DNA from: Planctomycetota bacterium
GTDB taxonomy: Bacteria > Planctomycetota > UBA11346
Reading direction: 5' to 3'
NCBI GenBank assembly: GCA_038231435.1
Contig: JBBRLJ010000004.1
Coordinates: 79,376 to 143,375, forward strand
DNA length: 64,000 nt
Numbering within the stretch: the stretch's first letter is position 1; each line of letters starts with the position of its first letter. The notes below the pieces were generated by a model. That model made no database searches, was not told the origin of the DNA, and saw only the letters and a list, made by a program, of their open reading frames with translations. This document shows positions 57,872 to 64,000 of this stretch, piece after piece. Position numbers and translations under genes: made by a program.

Positions 57872-57982
57872 ACCTCCGACCGCCGGGCCACCTCGGCCAC
57901 GACATCCGGCTACTTCGGCCTTCCTTCGCCCGGTTCCGTGGCAAACTGCAAAACCCCCGCATTCGCCCGAAGCAGCCGTCAC

Positions 57983-59452
57983 ATGCGTCCCACCATCGCC
58001 ATCGTCGGCCGACCCAATGTCGGCAAATCATCCCTCTTCAATCGCCTGGTAGGACAGCCGATCGCCATCGTCGATCCGACTCCCGGGGTGACGCGCGACC
58101 GGCTCCTGCACGAGGTGCGCCGCGACGGCTGGCGCTTCGACATCATCGACACCGGCGGCATCGGCATCGTCGACGAGGCGAAGCTCGAGAAGGACGTCTA
58201 TAGGCAGGTCGAGCGAGCCATCGGCACCGCCGACCGCATCATCCTGCTCACCGATGGGCGCGAGGGCATAACCCACCTCGACCGCGAGATCGCCCAGCAG
58301 CTGCGCCCGCTGGGCAAGCGCGTGGTGCTGGCGGTGAACAAGCTCGACCACGAGAAGCTCGACACCGAACTGTTCGAGTTCATGCAGCTCGGCATGGGCG
58401 AGCCGGTGGGCATCAGCGCCGCGCAGGCCACCGGACTGCACGACCTGCTCGAGCGGCTGTGCTCGGATCTCACCGGCGCGAAGGACGACGGCGCCGTCGA
58501 ACCGCGCCGCGATCCCCGCCTGCACGTCTGCTTCGCTGGGCGGCGCAACGTCGGCAAGTCGTCGCTCACCAATGCCATGTGCGGCAGCGACCGGGTCATC
58601 GTCGCCGACCATCCGGGCACCACCCGCGACGCCGTCGACGTGCCGATCGAGTGGACCTTCCCCGATGGGAAGAAGGAACCGTACATCCTCATCGACACCG
58701 CGGGGCTGCGGAAGAAGAACCAGATCGAACAGGATCTCGAATTCTACGCCGCATGCCGCACCGAGCGCGCGATCCTGCGCGCCGACGTGGTGCTGCTGGT
58801 GCTCGACGCCGCCGACGAGGTCGGCATGGTCGACAAGAAGATCGCCCATTTCTGCGAAGTCGAAGGCAAGCCCACGGTCATCGTCATCAACAAGTGGGAT
58901 CTAGCGGAACAGGGCGAGGCCAAGCGCCACGAGTACAAGGAATGGCTGTACGACCGCCTGCCGGGCCTGCGTTTCGCTCCGGTGACCTTCACCTGCGCGC
59001 TCACCGGCGCGAACATCGGCGAAGCCCTGAAACTCGCGACCGAGATCCATGCCGAGACCCAGCAGCGCGTCTCCACCTCGGAGCTGAACCGGTTGATCGA
59101 GGCCGCGACCACCCGCCGCCGCCCGAAGAAGATCGGCCCGGTCGCAACCAAGATCTACTACGGCACCCAGGCCGACACCCTGCCGCCCACCTTCATCTTC
59201 TTCGTGAACCGCACCGATTGGGTCGAGCCCGCGTACTCGCGTTACCTCGAGAACTTCCTGCGCGAACGGCTGCCCTTCAAGCGCATCCCGATCCGCATCC
59301 TGTTCAAGGCGCGCGAGAGCCAGTTCCACGAGCAACTCGACGAGCACAAGGTGGTGCAGGCACGGCATCGCGCCGAGCGCACGACCAGCCTGATCATCCC
59401 GAAGAAGGGCCGCAGCCGTCCGCGCACCTTCCGCCGCAAGGACGGCGAATAA
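57983..59452 (+). CDS. der: Ribosome biogenesis GTPase Der (EngA)
   Basis: Tandem G domains GRPNVGKS/DTGG/NKLD and GRRNVGKS/DTAG/NKWD; C-terminal KH-like domain. Confidence 0.98.
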   Translation: MRPTIAIVGRPNVGKSSLFNRLVGQPIAIVDPTPGVTRDRLLHEVRRDGWRFDIIDTGGIGIVDEAKLEKDVYRQVERAIGTADRIILLTDGREGITHLDREIAQQLRPLGKRVVLAVNKLDHEKLDTELFEFMQLGMGEPVGISAAQATGLHDLLERLCSDLTGAKDDGAVEPRRDPRLHVCFAGRRNVGKSSLTNAMCGSDRVIVADHPGTTRDAVDVPIEWTFPDGKKEPYILIDTAGLRKKNQIEQDLEFYAACRTERAILRADVVLLVLDAADEVGMVDKKIAHFCEVEGKPTVIVINKWDLAEQGEAKRHEYKEWLYDRLPGLRFAPVTFTCALTGANIGEALKLATEIHAETQQRVSTSELNRLIEAATTRRRPKKIGPVATKIYYGTQADTLPPTFIFFVNRTDWVEPAYSRYLENFLRERLPFKRIPIRILFKARESQFHEQLDEHKVVQARHRAERTTSLIIPKKGRSRPRTFRRKDGE

Positions 59453-59460
59453 GCGTCGCC

Positions 59461-60117
59461 ATGGGCACGACCACCTTCTGGGCCTGGTTGCTCGTCCCCG
59501 CGTCGTTCGTGCTCGGTTCGGTCAGCTTCGCGTGGATCGCCGGCAAGCTCAAGGGCATCGACCTGCGCGAGCACGGCTCGCGGAACCTCGGCGCCACCAA
59601 CGCCGGACGCGTCCTCGGCAAGCAATGGTTCATGGCGGTGTTCACGCTCGACCTGCTCAAGGGCCTGGTGGCGGTCGAGATCGCCCGCCGCCTGTACGTC
59701 CACTCTGGCAGCACCACGCTGACCTGGTTGCCGCTCGCCACGGGCGCCGCGGTGATCCTCGGCCACAGCTTCACCTGCTTCCACGGCTTCAAGGGTGGCA
59801 AGGCGGTCGCGACCTCGCTGGGCGTGCTCATCGCCCTGGTCTGGCAGATGGCAGCGATGTGCTTCGGCGTGTGGTTGGCGACGTGGCTGATCGGCTGGTT
59901 GGTGTTCCGTCTCGGCGCCGCCAACGCCGTTGGACCGGCCTCGGTGGTCGCGGCGCTGGCGCTGCCGATCGCGCGCATGTCCACTACCGCAAACCCGTTC
60001 GATGGCGGCAATCTGCCGGTGACGGCGTTCTGCTTCCTGCTCAGTCTGCTGGTGGTGGTGCGCCATCGCGGCAACATCGCCAAGCTGATCCGCCGCGCTC
60101 CTCCCACCTCGGGCTGA
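59461..60117 (+). CDS. plsY: Glycerol-3-phosphate acyltransferase PlsY
   Basis: GSRNLGATNAGR, DLLKG, GHSF..FKGGKAVAT, RHRGNI. Confidence 0.96.
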   Translation: MGTTTFWAWLLVPASFVLGSVSFAWIAGKLKGIDLREHGSRNLGATNAGRVLGKQWFMAVFTLDLLKGLVAVEIARRLYVHSGSTTLTWLPLATGAAVILGHSFTCFHGFKGGKAVATSLGVLIALVWQMAAMCFGVWLATWLIGWLVFRLGAANAVGPASVVAALALPIARMSTTANPFDGGNLPVTAFCFLLSLLVVVRHRGNIAKLIRRAPPTSG

Positions 60118-60166
60118 TCCGGCCACGGGCCGCTTGTAGGCGCTACGGATGCCTTAGCGTTCGCGC

Positions 60167-61453
60167 GTGCAGACCGAACACTTCATTCCGTTCCGCAAAT
60201 CCGACATCATCGCCATGTGCGTCGACGATGGCCAGGTTCCCGCCGCGGATTCGGCGCGCTTCAAACAGTTCTGCGCGATCCTGCAGAGCATCGTGCACTT
60301 CGAATTCCATGACCGCCTCGAGCGGCTGAAGGATCTCTACGCGCCATTCGATCCCACCAGCGACACCAGGCCGCTGCGCGCGCTGACCGCTGCCGAATCC
60401 GCGCAGCGTCAGACTGCCCTGGTGGCCGAGCTCGAGGGCGTGCTGGCCAAGGGTAATTTCCAGCGCGTATCCGAGGACGAGCTCAACCACGCGCTGAGCG
60501 AGGAATCGGTCTTCCGCGTCCAACTGCACACCGATCTCGATGACTTCGCCGAACTGATCATCCACCGTCGCGGGGTGCGCACCCGCGACGAGCTGATCTC
60601 GACGTGGTTCGGGCTGCGCAAACGCCCACTGCGCGTCGACTACTTCGAGCGCGTCGCCATCTACGTGCGCTTCAAGGATGCCGCCTACTTCGACGCCAAG
60701 GATCTCGGGAAGAAGAAGCCACGTCGGAATTTCGTGGCCGGATCGACGGTGCTCAAGCTGTTCCAGAACATCCCGAAGGCCGACATCGAGATGCTGTTTC
60801 CGAACGTCGACGTACGCATGAAGCTCGCCGACCACGCCATGATCGGCGTGCCGGCGGTGCTCGGCGCGATCGGCATCCTCGCCAAGGTCGGCGCGTCGCT
60901 GCTGGTGGTGTGGCTGATGATCCAGGCGTGGATGGGCATGCGCGACCAACCGCCCGAAGGCAACACCGCGCACCTGGTCGCGCTCGGCCTGGGGTTGTTC
61001 ACGCTAGCCATGTACCTCATCCGCCAGATCGGCAAGTTCAAGAACCGCAAGATGCAGTTCATGAAGGCGCTCGCCGACAACCTCTACTTCAAGAATCTCG
61101 ACAACAACGCTGGCGTCTTCCACCACCTCATCGATTCGGCCGAGGAGGAAGAATGCAAGGAGGCCATCCTCGCCTACGCCTTCCTCAGGCGTTCCGGAGC
61201 TACGGGCATGACCGAACCCGCGCTCGACGCCGCCATCGAGGCGTGGTTCCACGAACGCTGGAAGGTCGAGCTCGACTTCGAGGTCGACGACGCGCTGGCC
61301 AAGCTCGAGCGCTTCGGCCTCGCCGCGCGCGACGGCGAGCTGTGGCGGCCGGTGGAGATCGACCAGGCGTTGGAGCGACTCGACGAGCGCTGGGATAACT
61401 TCTTCGTCTACGCCAATGGCGCCGCACCGGCGACGGGCGCGCACCAGGGATGA
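60167..61453 (+). CDS. DUF3754 / TMEM143 family membrane protein
   Basis: FIPFRK, LKDLYAPFDP, LKLFQNIPKADIEMLFP, LYFKNLDNNAGV, AEEEECKEAILAY, DFEVDDALAKL. Confidence 0.88.
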   Translation: MQTEHFIPFRKSDIIAMCVDDGQVPAADSARFKQFCAILQSIVHFEFHDRLERLKDLYAPFDPTSDTRPLRALTAAESAQRQTALVAELEGVLAKGNFQRVSEDELNHALSEESVFRVQLHTDLDDFAELIIHRRGVRTRDELISTWFGLRKRPLRVDYFERVAIYVRFKDAAYFDAKDLGKKKPRRNFVAGSTVLKLFQNIPKADIEMLFPNVDVRMKLADHAMIGVPAVLGAIGILAKVGASLLVVWLMIQAWMGMRDQPPEGNTAHLVALGLGLFTLAMYLIRQIGKFKNRKMQFMKALADNLYFKNLDNNAGVFHHLIDSAEEEECKEAILAYAFLRRSGATGMTEPALDAAIEAWFHERWKVELDFEVDDALAKLERFGLAARDGELWRPVEIDQALERLDERWDNFFVYANGAAPATGAHQG

Positions 61454-62586
61454 CGCCGGGATCCTTCCGCGGCTGGGTTTTCCCACCGGGTCTCGCCACC
61501 CGGGCCCCGGTCACGCTCAGCGTCATGCGCGATGGCGTGCGGGCAATTCCGGTGGATCCGGTGTCGGTCTCCGGGGTCGAGGTGTCGTGGCCCGAGCTGC
61601 GCCTGGAGATCGGCGGAGCGGAAGGCCGAACGGTCTTCTGCCGTCATCATGGCAGCGGAGCCGTGGTGTGCTGCGACGATCCCGCTTTCCTGGCTGCCCT
61701 GCGCGACGAGACCTCGCCGCAATTGCGCGAGCAGCTGGGAATCGCGGACGGCGCGCACGTCACCGCGCGACGGCGCCGACGCGCCGGCCTGGCCGCGATC
61801 GCAATCGCCATCATTGGCATGCTGGGCGGAGGCTACCTGCTGGTCACCTGGGGCGCGGGCAAGGCCATCGACGCGATGCCGCCCAGCGTCGACCGCAAGC
61901 TCGGCGACGGGGCGATGTCCTCGATGGATCTCGGCGGCGACGTGGTCGATGCAGCGAAAGCGAAGACGGCCATCGCGGCGATGGTGGCGCGGCTGAAGGT
62001 CGCAGCGGCACGCCAGGACTTCGACTTCCGCATCAGCATCGTCGATAGCCCGCAGATCAACGCCTTCGCGCTCCCTGGCGGCCAGATCGTCGTCTACACC
62101 GGCCTGTTGCGGAAGGCCACCCGCGCCGAGCAGGTCGCCGGCGTGCTCGCCCACGAGATGGCGCACGTCACGCTCCGGCACGGACTGCATTCCATCGCCC
62201 GCAGCGCGGGCATCTGGATCGCGTTCCAGATCGTGCTGGGCGATCCCAGCGGCCTGGGCGGGCTCGCCACCCAAGGCGCGATGAACGCGGTGATCAACGG
62301 CTATAGCCGCGACCAGGAGCGCGCTGCCGACAGCGAAGGCGCACGCACGCTCGCCGCGGCGGGAGTGGATGTGCGCGGCATGTCCGAATTCTTCGCGCTG
62401 CTCAAGAGCGAGCCCGGGTCGGAGTCCACCGGCATCGCGGCGTGGTTCAGTACCCATCCCGAACACGACGAACGCATCGCCGGGATCGCGGCCCTGGCTG
62501 CGAAGCTGCAGCCCGAGGCGCCGCCGCCGCTGGACATCGATTGGGCCGACATCGTCTCGTCGTTGCCGCCCGCCAAGGAACCCTAG
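61450..62586 (+). CDS. M48 family metallopeptidase
   Basis: INAFALPGG, AHEMAHV, YSRDQERAAD, FSTHP. Confidence 0.93.
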   Translation: MTPGSFRGWVFPPGLATRAPVTLSVMRDGVRAIPVDPVSVSGVEVSWPELRLEIGGAEGRTVFCRHHGSGAVVCCDDPAFLAALRDETSPQLREQLGIADGAHVTARRRRRAGLAAIAIAIIGMLGGGYLLVTWGAGKAIDAMPPSVDRKLGDGAMSSMDLGGDVVDAAKAKTAIAAMVARLKVAAARQDFDFRISIVDSPQINAFALPGGQIVVYTGLLRKATRAEQVAGVLAHEMAHVTLRHGLHSIARSAGIWIAFQIVLGDPSGLGGLATQGAMNAVINGYSRDQERAADSEGARTLAAAGVDVRGMSEFFALLKSEPGSESTGIAAWFSTHPEHDERIAGIAALAAKLQPEAPPPLDIDWADIVSSLPPAKEP

Positions 62587-62632
62587 AGCAGTCGGAGCCG
62601 GCCGGAGCCGTCGCTCTCGAGTGCGTTCGCGC

Positions 62633-63247
62633 TCAGAATCCGCGCGTGCGCGGCGGGGCGCTCGCGGGCTCGGCGGGCTTGGGCGGCGATTCCTTCGCCG
62701 GATCTTTCGCTGAATCCTTAGACGAATCCTGCAGCGGATCTTTGGCAGGTTCTTTGGTAGGTTCTTTGGCCAGTTCCTTGGCCGGCTTCATGCCGGTGGC
62801 GTGGCTGTCGCGCGCGAGGCGATCGAGGACGCCGTTGACCAGCTTGGTGGTCTTGGCCTCGCTGCCGAATCCCTTGGCGATCTCGATGTATTCGTTGATC
62901 GCGACCTTCGGCGGCGTACCCGGGCAATACATGATCTCGAAGGCGCCCAGGCGCAGGATGGCGCGGTCGAGCACCGCCAGGCGCTGGATCGTCCAGTTCT
63001 CGAGGCGCGCGTCGACCGCGGCGTCTACTGCGACGCGTTCCTTGCGGAAGCCGTCGAACAGCTCGGTCGCGAACACGATGGCCTCGGGCTCGACCCCTTC
63101 GAGGGTCTCGTCGGGCGCGAGCAGGCCATCGTCGATGTAATGGTTCTGCTCGAAGCTGTAGAGCCGCTGCAGCGCCAGCACCCGACCCTGGGTGCGCGAC
63201 TGCCCGGCCGTGCGCGAGCGCGCAGGATCATTCACCGAGGTGTTCAC
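62633..63247 (-). CDS. nusB: Transcription antitermination factor NusB, with repetitive C-terminal tail
   Basis: ALQRLY, NWTIQRLAVLDRAILRLG, VAINEYIEIAK, VNGVLD. Confidence 0.95.
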   Translation of the reverse strand: MNTSVNDPARSRTAGQSRTQGRVLALQRLYSFEQNHYIDDGLLAPDETLEGVEPEAIVFATELFDGFRKERVAVDAAVDARLENWTIQRLAVLDRAILRLGAFEIMYCPGTPPKVAINEYIEIAKGFGSEAKTTKLVNGVLDRLARDSHATGMKPAKELAKEPTKEPAKDPLQDSSKDSAKDPAKESPPKPAEPASAPPRTRGF

Positions 63248-63275
63248 GGATACGATCCGCGGATGCGCGTCGGCG

Positions 63276-63758
63276 TCACAGGCGCTCCATCAGGCTCGCC
63301 ATCTCGAGCGCGGCCATCGCCGCGTCGACGCCCTTGTTGCCGGCCTTGAGGCCGGCGCGCGCCAGCGCCTGGTCGGTGGTGTCGCAGGTGAGCACGCCCA
63401 TCGCGACCGGTACCAGGGACTGCAGCGCGACGGCCGCGAGACCCTTCGCGCATTCTCCGGCGACGTAATCGAAGTGCGGGGTCTCGCCGCGGATGACGCA
63501 GCCAAGCGCGATCACCGCGTCCGGCTTCTTCGCACCCTTGCCGCTGCCGCCCTCGGCCAGCCGCTTCACCACCAGCGGCAGCTCCCAGGCTCCCGGGCAG
63601 CGCGCGATGACGATGTCGTCCGCGTCCACGCCGTGCCGGACCAGGCAGTCGATCGCGCCAGCGACCAGGCTCTCGACGATGTGCCCATTGAAGCGGGCGA
63701 CGGCAAGCGCGAAACGGCGGCCTTCGCCGGAGAGCTGTCCCGAAATGTCCTTGGGCAT
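63276..63758 (-). CDS. ribH: 6,7-dimethyl-8-ribityllumazine synthase
   Basis: ARFN, PGAWELP, LGCVIRGETPHFDYV, GVLT, GNKG. Confidence 0.97.
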   Translation of the reverse strand: MPKDISGQLSGEGRRFALAVARFNGHIVESLVAGAIDCLVRHGVDADDIVIARCPGAWELPLVVKRLAEGGSGKGAKKPDAVIALGCVIRGETPHFDYVAGECAKGLAAVALQSLVPVAMGVLTCDTTDQALARAGLKAGNKGVDAAMAALEMASLMERL

Positions 63759-63817
63759 GTGCATCCTCTGGGGCCCCGCACTCTACCCAATGCGTCGTCT
63801 TTGCCAGCTTTTGTGCG

Positions 63818-63962
63818 GAGGGCGGGCCCCCACGGCCCCCCACGGCCTTGTCGTCCTTCTTTTTTTGCGGGGGCTTCGCCCCCGGGCCCCCACGGCCTTT
63901 GTCGTCCTTCTTTTTGTCCGCTGCGCGGCCAAAAAGTCTGCGTGATGGGCTACTCCCATTGT
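63818..63962. repeat. Two short direct copies of the hairpin module found in the 167-bp array
   Basis: CCCCCACGGCCTT(T)GTCGTCCTTCTTTTT twice, GGGGGCTTCGCCCCCGGGCCCCCAC, and GATGGGCTACTCCCATTGT. Confidence 0.75.
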
Positions 63963-64000
63963 TCACGCAGACCAGGACTCGGCGGCCGGGCGGCTACGCC

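Noticed and set aside
58459..59460. Long N-terminal extension of plsY
   Set aside because: It overlaps der out of frame; the real start is ATG 59461.
63765..64000. FMN riboswitch upstream of ribH
   Set aside because: No RFN consensus was recognised; the region consists of repeat modules also seen at 53595-54024.

Overview
High-GC bacterial chromosome segment of core-genome character, probably Planctomycetota. That assignment is an inference from the AtpA '[11 protein letters not shown]' variant, the AtpB C-terminus and many planctomycete-style secreted orphans. Contents: most of an F0F1 ATP synthase operon (end of atpB, then atpE-F-H-A-G-D-C); RNA-processing and translation genes (rnhA, tgt, rnz, truD-like, fmt, der, nusB); clpP, panE, hemW, plsY, ribH and bcp; two SpoIID/LytB paralogues; a DUF3450-TtpC-ExbB-ExbD-TonB-TPR operon; a heterodimeric ABC exporter; an FHA-GAF-adenylate cyclase next to a STAS protein; and a YprB-like exonuclease. 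The best candidate for an undescribed system is a five-gene glycosylation/redox operon at 29968-37049. It encodes a GT2::GT-C fusion, a DUF2064/TIGR04282-like transferase, a membrane-anchored thioredoxin, an apparently circularly permuted YpdA/TrxR-like flavoprotein fused to a NapH-like membrane polyferredoxin, and a TIGR04283-like GT2. The intergenic DNA is unusually structured: inverted pairs of 7-bp tandem arrays, a covarying REP-like double hairpin, a 167-bp tandem hairpin array and an ERIC-like stem-loop. At least eight genes have a TAnnnT hexamer 6-7 nt before the start codon, which suggests leaderless transcription. No rRNA, tRNA, CRISPR array, integrase or transposase was recognised. 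All calls come from manual motif recognition without database searches.
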